From assembly GCF_000181795.1 (NCBI RefSeq), contig NW_003526941.1, positions 7,168,043-7,232,042 on the forward strand: a DNA stretch of 64,000 bases, read 5' to 3'. The notes beneath the pieces were generated by a model. That model made no database searches and was not told the DNA's origin. It worked only from the letters and a program-made list of their open reading frames with translations. The position numbers and the translations under genes are program-made. This stretch comes from Trichinella spiralis (Eukaryota). Positions 40,680-51,631 of the stretch are shown piece after piece (position 1 is the stretch's first letter; every line of letters begins with the position of its first letter).

Positions 40680-41778
40680 ATGCCATGCAGATGTTTGAGA
40701 TGGGCTTTTCGTATAGTGAACTGGGAACCGTCTGGGGCCGACTGGGCGCACATGTTGCGCTGCTTGCAGTTGGACGATCTGCCACGCATCCGTCGTCAAA
40801 TTTTCCGAGAGGACATCAGAGCGGCAGTGGCCGGCGGACTGATGATGCGCAAGGCTATTTCCGTTTGCACAGGTTTAGCATGGGACGAGATAAAGTTGAT
40901 TCGTTCAAGCACCGGCAAACCGATGCTTGACGAAAGCATCAAATTGGACTATCAGTTCAGCTTCAATCTTTCCCATCACGGGGATTACGTCATCTTGGCC
41001 ACTTCTTCCAGCTCTGTATGCGGTGCTGATGTGATGAAAATTGAATATCCAAGTATTGACCAATTTTTTGTTCTTAATTTTTCTTTGCCTTCTTAATATA
41101 TATATATTTATTTATTTATTTTTACTAGGATTGCAAATGAATTTGGCAGAATACTTTAAAATGATGTCACCTCAGTTTGCCGACGAAGAATATGCCGCTT
41201 TGAATCAACAACGTACCGACTCTGAGAAGTTGGAACTATTTTATCGTTATTGGGTGAGTTGCTTTTTGAATGTGAAAATTAAAATAACAAATTACTATAC
41301 CACAATACAATGCCTGTAGTGTCTGAAGGAGAGCTACTTGAAAGCTATTGGATTTGGTATTCGTTGTGATTTGTCGCAATTGCATTTCACCTTTTCTTCT
41401 TTGGTTCTGCCAGTTGGTCAATTTGAAATCAGCACCAAATTAGTGTTCGACGAAACACCGCACAATGAATTCACCTTCGAAGAGTGTCACTTGGATCCCC
41501 GCCATGCGGCTTGTGTTTGTTACAAGGTAAAGAGACGACCGCTTATTATTATTGTTGTGCTTTTCAAAAAAAATGATATAATTTTTTAGGATGACTCATT
41601 GGAAGCAGAATGTGAACAGCACCGTGGAAAATGTATACCATTTCAGTTGGTAACGATGGACTTTGTGTTGCAGGATGCCGTTACACTGAATGACGAAGAA
41701 GCGATCCCCGTACCTGGATTGTGCAAAACAGTTCCGATTGGTGCTCTTGACTTTTCTTACTACTTGGTCAGTCGATGA
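40680..41778 (+). CDS. AASDHPPT: L-aminoadipate-semialdehyde dehydrogenase-phosphopantetheinyl transferase (Sfp-type PPTase), 4 exons
   Basis: LRWAF, GKPML, FNLSHHGDYV, GADVM, FYRYW|CLKESYLKAIGFGI. Confidence 0.92.
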
Positions 41779-42239
41779 TTATTTTAGCTTTTCCGTGTGA
41801 ATAATTGTTTTCCTTAAGTTGATTGTTTTTTTTCTAAGCAGTAATTTTCTCAGCATTGAATTCAAATAAAATATGGTCATTACTTTCATGGTTTATCTCA
41901 ATTTTTAATCTTTGAAAAAGTTTCTTTATCTAATTTTAAATTATCGTCAACCCCAAGCAACTGCTAAAGTCATGCTTTACAACGACGGTCAGATGAGTTT
42001 GTTTTAAAAAGAATTTAATTTTAAAAATAAATTATAAATCAATGACTTAAATTTATTTACTTAATTATTTGATAATTTCTTAAACATTTAAACTAAAATG
42101 AAGCAAATAAGAGCAAAATTTTATTGGCATACTGTAACTTTTACCTGATTGTAAATTTTACGACTACCGTATTGTTCCAACTATACTTCTCAATTGAATT
42201 GTTAGTTTCTTGATTTTTACGTTTTCTATTTCATTCAAA

Positions 42240-43187
42240 ATGGTTCGTATGGATGTTTTGGCCGATGCTTTACGCTCGATTAGCAATGCAGAAAAACGTG
42301 GAAAACGGCAGGTTTTAATAAGACCTTCGTCAAAAGTGATTATTCGCTTTTTGACTGTCATGATGCAGCATGGTTTGTTTTTATGTTTAACTTTTATTTT
42401 ATTTCTATGTGCAGTGTTAAATTAAAAGTATGCTTTTTTGAGTATTTTAGAGATTAGTTATGCTTCTACTGATGATCAAAGTGTCATAATTTTCATTTAA
42501 TCACTATACCATATTTTCTATTGTTACCGAGTTTCGTACACCTTTTCTGACGTAGGTATTTATTTGTGATAAACTTTGTGATTTATTTATGTTGTTATGA
42601 TAAAAGCTGACTTTGTGACAGACAATATTTTTATAAATGGTAATTTATATTGCAATTGGTAATTTGATTACGTTAAATAGGTTCTGAAGTTTCTAATGTG
42701 AAAAAGTTTAACATTTTGGAACATGACTATAAATGACATTTTGAACATTCACAAATTGTCTCGTTGAATTTATGTCAATACTACTTTCATGCAATAGTTT
42801 TTACTTTTAGGATATATAAACGAATTTGAAATTGTAGATGACCACAGATCTGGAAAAATTGTGGTCAATTTAACTGGAAGAATAAACAAAGTGCGTTTAT
42901 ACAATGTTTTAATGTCATCGTCTTGTTTAAGACTGTTTTTCTTTTTGTTTCATAGTGTGGAGTGATTAGTCCTCGTTTTGATGTGGGGATAAGAGATATT
43001 GAAAAGTGGACAGAAAAGTTGTTGCCATCTCGTCAATTTGGGTAAAATGTAAAATTCATTTGAATGTAATTTTGATCATGAATAGCTTTGCAGATATGTT
43101 GTGTTGACTACGTCCGGAGGCATTATGGACCATGAAGAAGCTCGCAGGAAGCATCTTGGTGGAAAAATATTAGGATATTTTTTTTGA
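42240..43187 (+). CDS. RPS15A: 40S ribosomal protein S15a (uS8), 4 exons
   Basis: [29 protein letters not shown]...|[37 protein letters not shown]...[38 protein letters not shown]. Confidence 0.98.
42465..42556 (+). ncRNA. Candidate intronic box C/D snoRNA in RPS15A intron 1
   Basis: TGATGA (42470-42475) and CTGA (42547-42550), flanked by a CTAC/GTAG terminal stem, about 90 nt, in an unusually long (about 438 nt) ribosomal-protein intron. Confidence 0.45.
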
Positions 43188-43440
43188 TAAATATGTACTG
43201 CAGTGAGAGAAGTAAAGCTTGATCGAACGTTGTGAATGTGACCCATTTTGAAATAGCTTACAGCGAATGGAGTATTTTGTTTGTTAGACATTTAATTTCA
43301 CTATCACTCCTTTTGTTATAAATAAGTCATGTTAAGCTTATTTTAACACACAGTTTCACCTTTTCTACACACGGCGGGTGTACACTAGATAGCAGTGCGA
43401 TTTAATTTGCAATTTCGATGACTTTTTGTTTTTCAAGTTT

Positions 43441-46400
43441 TCACATGTCAGCATCGTCAACATCTTTTCTTGTACAATAACAAGCTAAACCGATGAGGAT
43501 GATAGCAAAAAATGTAGTCGTTGAAAGCAAAACCCAAGTAGCCATTTGATAGCTTTCCAACTCTTTTGCCAGCGATGCAATGTACCGCAAATTTCCCACA
43601 TCGACCCCGTCCAAAGAACGGGCGTAGACGTTCCAAAATTGATGACCTCGCCAGTGAAAGCTTATCTTCATGCTAGGATGATCCGTGATGCTCATGTAGT
43701 TCAACGTGCTGCTGTTGAAACGTTGCCATTTCGGCAAATCACTATCATCCGGAGTAGGATTGCTAAATAATAATAATTGTGTATGATTTTTGATCACAGA
43801 ATTTAATTTTTAAAGTTTTCAATTATTCCTACCCTTCTCTGGCGAAATTGCACAGCATTTCGGCAAATATTTCCGTAACACGGCGATCAATTTGCCAATT
43901 TTTATAAGTGTAATGTGTAGCAAAGTCAACATCCAAGTCAAATAAAAATATCAAATCAGTACCATGGAACACGCCTGTAAAATAACACTAATAATTCAAA
44001 AGAATGATAAATCAGTAGGTTACAGTAATAAAGATTAAAAAAGCTGTTAAACATTTAACAAACACCCCTTCGGGATATTAAAGTTTGATCATTTTTGTCA
44101 TTATTTATTGTTAATTTGATTTTTCAAGTTTGGATAGTGATGAATTCAAAAAAACCTGATTTTGAAAGTATATAAATAAATTAATTGAAATAAACCTTTC
44201 CACTCGTCGTCATCGTTGAACAAACTATCGCTAATGTGGTCCAGTGAGTAAAGGTACACAGGAACGTTGTTCTGCTCGTATAGTTGTGCCAATCTAGTTG
44301 CAGGAGCGTGATACCAAAAGTCGGAATGCATCTAAATGTTTATTTTTATTATTATGAATATAATGATAATGAGAAAATCTGTAATTGAAAAACAAACTTC
44401 CATAATTGACTCGGATAGAGTATTCTTCGATGCATTAGGAGCCATAGGTCGGTAAATATATTCATGATAACAACCTTCAGTTATCAGTCGATGATTATTA
44501 AACTGATAATAGTTCATCGTCAAATTATCAACTAAAGCTTCCGCTCGACGTTCACTAATCAACGTTAGATTTCTGTCGGGACGATTTTTCAAAATACCTA
44601 TTCAAAAATATCATCGACTATTTTGTTTGTTTTAAAGTTTTGTAAAATCTCTATTTACGGAATTGTAAAGCACTCTCATGACGAGTTGTACCAAGAAGAA
44701 TTGGTACTCGTCGTGCGCCTTTTTTGGACAGCATCTTTTCCGGATATTCGGGAATGAGATGACCATAGCCATCCACCACAGGAACCCATTCTTCGTAGTT
44801 ATCCCAGGCGAATCTCTTTTGAAGCGAATTAAAAAAATTTTACTACTAAACAAAGAATCATCTGCGCTTACTGGACGAGTTATGTCGAAAATTTCATTCT
44901 TATGTCGAACTTTGATGCAGTCCAGAAGTTGGCTGGAATTGAACGCCCGGCATCCGAGATGTTCTTGCAATAGCCAAGTTGCGTTGACGGCCGACGTGCG
45001 AATCACGCCTGGACTGAGTGCTGAACCGCTGAGCAATATAGCCCTGTGGAGAAGTCCTGAAAATGGATTCAAATCTATCAAAGCACACACACACACACAG
45101 TGTTCACAAAGTGGGACCTTCGCTGTATGGTGAAAGAGCCAAAAGTGAAGCTGAAGCGGCGCCAGAACCCTGGCCCATCACGGTAACTCTGCTGGGATCA
45201 CCGCCAAAGAAGGCAATATTTCGCTGTATCCACCGGAGAGCTTCGATTTGATCCCACAGGCCGTTGTTACCTGGCAGTATGTCATCACCGCTTGAAACGA
45301 ACCCTGCAAATTTGCATTTCACTGGGTAATTAAGTGGAAACTTCAGTTTCGAAAAATAATCTCAACCCGCTTGTCTTCTGAAACAATTTCTAATCACTGT
45401 GTTGTTACTCAGCAGTATTTAATTGAAAGCAACAATCTGATTAACGGCTTAGTGTTTAATCGATACTGTTTGCACATTGAATCTTTGCAAAAGTTGTTGC
45501 AAGCGAACAAATTGGTAGCGTGCAAAAATACATCCATTATCAATGGAAAATAGTTTGAAATTTATTATTTCAAATAATATTTATATTATAATGGAAATTT
45601 TTCATTTAATCAAAAAGCGAACACATCTCATCGCTTACCAATTGGTCCAAGCCGGTAGCTGATGGAGACGAACACTATTTGTCGACTGACAAAATTGCGC
45701 AAAATTGCATCCTGTTTATAATCAGCGGGCGAACCAGTTTGAAAATCACCTCCATGAATCCAAACGATCACCGGCAAACTTTCGTTATAATACTACGCAA
45801 CAAAGAATTTGTTGAGAGCAATTTTATGCAAATTTTTAAAACTGTATGAACTAAACAATAAAACAAAATCAATTGAACTAATGTGTACAGTAAACAAAAA
45901 TAACAACCCAAAAAATGAAGGTTCAAATTTTGAGATTTTTGAATTTTTTTTTTGAAAATGACATATTAATGATTGTTGCTGAATCAAAATATCAAAGAAG
46001 AAATATATTTCCTGAATTTGTGTGATCATCTAACTGAAAAATAAAGTATAAAAAAAGCCATACAGTTGTGTAATGTTATTTTGGTCAAATTTGAATATTT
46101 TTCAGGTCAATAATTGGATGCTGTTGACTTGTGACGGAACACTCACTTGCGGTGGTGCAAATACATTCAAATACAGGCAGTCTTCGGATCGTCTAATTTG
46201 AGCTAATTCTACCAGTCGGCTTCCTTTGTATTGCTCGTAGTTTTGCAAACAGCATGGTCCATAATGAGTAGCGTTCATCACTCCACGCCAACTTGCCGGC
46301 TGAATTGGTGGCTTGAACAAACAAGTAAAATAATACATTATTATTTATTACTTTGTTTACAAATAATCTGTTGATTTTCATTATTATAACGTTTCATTCG

Positions 46401-46847
46401 AATGTAATATTCATTTCTTGTTTGGGAGGAAAAAGATGTCCAGAAGAATAGTTTTAATTTATGACCATTTACATGCAGTGTGAAGTTGAGGAATTTATTG
46501 ATTAACTTAAACCAGTTCAAGTTCAAATTTGGCAATGGAATCCTTTGAAACTTTGCAGAACAGCAGTTGCTTTGCATTACAAAGAAAAATTTAAATGACC
46601 GAAATCGACTTACTTGAAAACGCTGAGCACCGACAGGAGGTGCAGCGTACGGTATACCTTTGAAAACGGTAAAATACTGAGCATCGAGAGTTATAAATTC
46701 ACCTCGTATGCTTCCACTGCTGATTGTCAGTTCAATTGGATGGTTGTCCCTGGTGGTGGCTAAACTGAGACGGATGAGAAACAAGCACAACAATGAACAT
46801 CTTTCTCTACTGGCAAAAAATGCACTGTTTTCAATTTTTGAACCCAT
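43441..46847 (-). CDS. Type-B carboxylesterase-fold single-pass membrane protein lacking the catalytic Ser (neuroligin/gliotactin-like)
   Basis: Signal peptide, [95 protein letters not shown], a C-terminal TM segment and a 9-aa tail. Confidence 0.9.
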
Positions 46848-47998
46848 CTCTTCATTTGTTTGTTTGTTTATTCATTCATATTTATCTGGACGATCAGAAT
46901 GATTGTTTTTCTCAACATGCATCAGGATTGAAATTAAAAAGAATGAAGAATCAATGTTGGCCAAGTGAACAGCGTGGCCGCTGATGTGGTCTTGGTTCAA
47001 CAGAGCTGATTGACTCTTGCCCAGTGATGTGCATGCTTTTCAAAGCGTCTCCTGGCGGAATCGATGGTTTCGCGTTATTCGTAATTAACCGACGGTTCTG
47101 GTCAAGTGTTTCGATTGACCATCCTTTGGGACAGCTTCGAACAGCGTTCACTTCAAACTAATTCCACTGTTGTTTCCGTTCACACGGTCTCCAATGTGCA
47201 CTTTTAACGCCGACTAAATTAAATGAACAATTTCAAATTTACACGACGAACTTGAAAACATTCGATATTATCATTAAATCAACTGTTTTTTTTTCTCAAT
47301 TGAATATATCAAAATTTTATTTCTGATATTGCAAAATTTCTTATTTTATTTCAGCTAATGTTATGATCAATCATGCATGGCATGCCATATTTCCATTCAT
47401 GCATGGCGTGCCATATTTCCATATTTGCTTTATCACTAAATAAAATATATGAAAATATGAATATATTTTTAATTTTTTATTATACGCAATTAAATACATT
47501 TTTAATTTTTACTTTGTATTTTTATCGTTGTCCAAAAAAATTTTTTAGAACTGCTTTCAAAAAATAATTCTTAATTATCATTAATGGTAAATTCTTCTGT
47601 ATTTGAAGGTACTGTTATGTGCATTTGGTCGTACAATGGCAATTAGTGCAAATTTGAATTTTTGCGAATGTTGATGAAATAATTAAAATATATTTTTTTT
47701 TTCTTGATTTACTTTTATTTGTTGGGTCATAAGCCATCGCCAAATCTTCCGGTGAGAAAGTTTTATTTATTTGCAGCACATTTGTGCAATTTTCGTTTGC
47801 TTGAACTTTACGCACAGAATGAAAGGAAAACCTGGTAGCTGTTTATTTATTTTATACTGAAATAAATTCATATTTTAAATTATTGTTGCTATTTGCATGT
47901 GCGTATTCAACTGTGCGTAAATTTCATTCCTGTAGCTATGAGTAATCGTAGTAATCGTATTATTGGTATTTTGACAATGATTATTTTTAGTACGAAAA

Positions 47999-50440
47999 AT
48001 GGACGACGAATTTGAATCATTTGAAATTAATGAAAACGATTTGGATTCAGCATTTAATCCGTTCAAACGAAGGTATATTTCGAAAAATCAGCAAATTTAT
48101 GGCGTTTGGGCCGATCTATCGGATAGCGATCGAGATGAGGATGATTATGATCGTCCTTCGACCTCAAGGAAACGTAAAGATTACATGAAAGAAGTGAAAT
48201 TTGTCTCTGGTGGAGTGAAAAAGGGAGAAAAAATATCGAAAGAGGAAAAAGATGATGCATTCGATTTGTCAATTTCTCCGGATGACAGTGATAATGATGG
48301 ACGAACTGAGATAACGTCTGTGAAAAGTGGTGGTGGTAGCTCTGCTGCTGCTTTTACTCATCGTTATTATAATGCTTCGAAAAAGTTTAACAATCAAATG
48401 ATTGCTGGCTTGCGTGATACTGGACCCACTGGACAGCGTTTCGGCGACTGGGAAAGGCACACGAAAGGTATTGGCTGGAAATTGTTGAAAAAGATGGGCT
48501 ACGAGCCCGGAAAAGGTCTTGGCAAACAAAGTCAAGGTATTGCCGAACCAGTGAAAGCTGTAGTCAGACCGGGTCGTGGTGCCATTGGAGCCTACGGACG
48601 CGAAGGTAACAAATTATTGGAATCTGAAGATGTGAAAGTGGAAAAGGAAGTTTTGGACTTTGGAAATTATAAAAAGAAGCAGCAGTTTAAGAGAACCGTC
48701 ACATCGGAGAGGAAATCACACGACAAAGCTACACGTATCGTCTACAGGACTTGGGACGAGGTGGTTCAAGAAGGTGGAACGTTGAAGCGCCACTGGGGGT
48801 CATCGGGCAGCGCGTCGACCAAAATTATCGACATGACCGGCACCGAGCAGAAGGTTTACGACAGTTATGAACTGTACGCGACGAAGAAGCAAAGCGATGC
48901 GTACCGTTCGGACAGGACCAATTTCGATCTTCCTGAATTGTTGCACAACGTGGATTTGATAATTCACACGGCCGAAGAGTCGATCTTGCGGACCGACAGA
49001 CAGATGAAGACGATCACTGATCAGAACCAATCTTTGGAACACGAGTGCAATATGTTGCAGAACTGTTTGAACAGTGACGCACAAGAGATGCAGCGTTTGG
49101 AGAAGTTGGACTCTGCTTTGGATGCATTCGGCTTGTTGGTTGACGCTGGCGAGGTGTCGACCCAAGATTGCATGCGCTTGTTCAAGAAGTTGCAGTCCGA
49201 ATTTCCCGACGAGTACAAGTTGTACGATTTGAACCGTTTGGCCATTGACGTCGTCCTTCCCATTGTCAAGGAAGAATTTGTCGACTGGGAACCGTTGCAG
49301 CACGCCGATCACGGTCTGCAGAGGATGCTCGAATGGCGCACAATTTTGGAAAAGCAACGGGAATTCAACGGAAGCGCGAAATTTGAAAATTTCGACGTCT
49401 ACCACCAGCTGGTTTGGCTTGCCTGGCTGCCTCCTGTACGTCGGGCCGTGCAAATTTGGAACGTCAGAATGCCGAATCCGATGCTGTCTTTGCTCACGGT
49501 CTGGCAAGAGGTGATTCCAGGCTGGATTTTGGAAAATTTGATCGAACAATTCATCGTGCCGAAAATTGAAACCGAAGTCGAAGAATGGAACCCGCTGAGC
49601 GACGTGCAGCCGGTGCATTCGTGGTTCCACCCTTGGTTGGGCTTCCTCGGCGACCGACTGCAACCGTTGTACTCGAGCATTCGTGCCAAGCTCGGTCGTG
49701 CGCTGACCCACTGGAACCCGAGCGACCGTTCTGCCAAATGGATGCTCATGCCGTGGAAAGGTGTGTTCACACCGTCCAGCATGAGCGGCTTTCTTGCCAG
49801 GCACGTCGTGCCCAAATTGGAGCTCTGCTTGGTGAATTTCGTCGTCGATCCGTCCAATCAGTGTTTGCAACCGTGGGCGGACGTGATGGACTGGCTGGAC
49901 ATGATCGATCCAGGCGTCATTGGCGATCTGTTGTTGCGTCATTTTTTTCCCAAATGGTTGCATGTTTTGCAAACTTGGCTTCTCTGTCCTCAGCCGAATT
50001 ATGAAGAAATACAACACTGGTACAGCAATTGGAAGTCGCTGTTCTCGGAACAGCTCATCAGTTTGGACGGTGTAAGACGGCAGTTCAATTGTGCTTTGGA
50101 AATTATGAATCGCGCCTTGTCCGGTCAGCTCACCGCCGATACTGTACCACAGTTGAGATTGCATTCAGCTCCATTTAATCCTAACTTAATCACCGCCGCC
50201 GCCGCCCCACCGTCCACTATGTATTTGCCGGTCAACATGAAAGATATTCTTGAACAAAAAGCTGCCGAGATGAGTTTGTTCTTTTTACCTTTGAACAATC
50301 GTTATCGTGAAGGCAAGCCGATTTATCGCTTCGGCACGCAGACCATTTACATTGATCGGAATGTGATTTTTTCACAAGAAAGCAACGGCGATTGGCGACC
50401 CATTTCACTCGGAGAGCTTCTAACCAGTGCTTTTCAGTAA
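47999..50440 (+). CDS. TFIP11: Tuftelin-interacting protein 11 / STIP (TIP_N + G-patch + GCFC), intronless
   Basis: 813-aa ORF: QQIYGVWAD, G-patch WERHTKGIGWKLLKKMGYEPGKGLGKQSQGIAEPV, LPELLHNVDL, WNPLSD..PVHSWFHPWL, WNPSDRSA, FFPKWL.VL..WL. Confidence 0.95.
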   Translation: MDDEFESFEINENDLDSAFNPFKRRYISKNQQIYGVWADLSDSDRDEDDYDRPSTSRKRKDYMKEVKFVSGGVKKGEKISKEEKDDAFDLSISPDDSDNDGRTEITSVKSGGGSSAAAFTHRYYNASKKFNNQMIAGLRDTGPTGQRFGDWERHTKGIGWKLLKKMGYEPGKGLGKQSQGIAEPVKAVVRPGRGAIGAYGREGNKLLESEDVKVEKEVLDFGNYKKKQQFKRTVTSERKSHDKATRIVYRTWDEVVQEGGTLKRHWGSSGSASTKIIDMTGTEQKVYDSYELYATKKQSDAYRSDRTNFDLPELLHNVDLIIHTAEESILRTDRQMKTITDQNQSLEHECNMLQNCLNSDAQEMQRLEKLDSALDAFGLLVDAGEVSTQDCMRLFKKLQSEFPDEYKLYDLNRLAIDVVLPIVKEEFVDWEPLQHADHGLQRMLEWRTILEKQREFNGSAKFENFDVYHQLVWLAWLPPVRRAVQIWNVRMPNPMLSLLTVWQEVIPGWILENLIEQFIVPKIETEVEEWNPLSDVQPVHSWFHPWLGFLGDRLQPLYSSIRAKLGRALTHWNPSDRSAKWMLMPWKGVFTPSSMSGFLARHVVPKLELCLVNFVVDPSNQCLQPWADVMDWLDMIDPGVIGDLLLRHFFPKWLHVLQTWLLCPQPNYEEIQHWYSNWKSLFSEQLISLDGVRRQFNCALEIMNRALSGQLTADTVPQLRLHSAPFNPNLITAAAAPPSTMYLPVNMKDILEQKAAEMSLFFLPLNNRYREGKPIYRFGTQTIYIDRNVIFSQESNGDWRPISLGELLTSAFQ

Positions 50441-50989
50441 TTGGTAATTTCGCATTTATCCATTGTTGCATCATTAATTTCAATTTCCTCTCTATAACTG
50501 TTCGCTTGTTTTTGTTTATTTACAGCATGTTTGAATTAAAAATGAACTCGATCAACTGGGGATAAATGATCATTTGCTGTATTTTATTTCTTACAATGAA
50601 ATTTTACTTTCTTCTTCCTCCAAAATCTATCAACAAGTTAGTGGAAATTATTTGTTATTTTTGTGTTAATTTTTTTGCTTTTATTTTCAGTAAATAAAAT
50701 GTAATATTTGGAAATATTTGTAAATTTTAAAAATCACTGTGATTTTCAATTCTACTATTAATTTCAATTCATGCTCTTCTCCATGTTGGCAATCATTACA
50801 AAGCTACAGTAAACAATTGTACTTGCAAATCTCATTGGTTTTATACAGCATCCATACGCGTAAGTTTGCATTGAAAAAGAGGAGGTATGATAATTAGTTG
50901 TGAGATTAAATTTTCAATATTGATTTCAGTGTTTAACAATTTTACTTTCTAGTTCAACTGATTGACGTTGTGTTTTGATTTAGTTGAAG

Positions 50990-51491
50990 ATGAAACCGAT
51001 AATTAAAGTAAAAGATATTCGTGGAAAGCGTAAAGAAGAGTTGGTTAAACAGTTGGATGATCTGCGTCAAGAGTTGTCTTCGTTGCGCGTCGCCAAAGTG
51101 ACCGGTGGGGGTCCGTCAAAATTGTTCAAAATGTATCATTACTGTATTAATATCGCCCACTGTTTGATGTTGTTAATCGCTGTTTGTTGCATAGGCGACG
51201 CGTGCGCAAATCCATCGCACGAGTTCTCACTGTAATCAGCCAAACTCAGAAGGAGCAGCTTAGGAAATTTTATCAGGTAGGTCGTTTTCAAATTGTCCAC
51301 TTTGCAATTAATGGAATTTTAAAGAAGAATATTTTTTGTAGAAGAAAAAATACAAGCCACTCGATTTACGTCCGAAGAAAACGCGCGCTATGCGCCGGGC
51401 GTTGACAAAGCATGAACTAGGTTTGAAGAAACGGAAACGGCTTCGACGTGAAACTGCTTGGCCGAAGCGAGTATTTGCAGTCAAAGTGTGA
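50990..51491 (+). CDS. RPL35: 60S ribosomal protein L35 (uL29), 3 coding exons
   Basis: [31 protein letters not shown]...[49 protein letters not shown]. Confidence 0.97.
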
Positions 51492-51631
51492 CAGTTTGTC
51501 TGAAAGATTGAATAATAAACGGAAAAGATTGTGTTCACCTAGAATCACGGAACCACTTTTCTAATATATATCTTTTTATTTATCATAGTTAACTAGCGAA
51601 GAATTAAAAAACATAGCTAGGTAAGTATAAA

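Noticed and set aside
48800..50164. 454-aa antisense ORF inside TFIP11
   Set aside because: A shadow frame of a GC3-rich coding exon, with no recognisable motifs.
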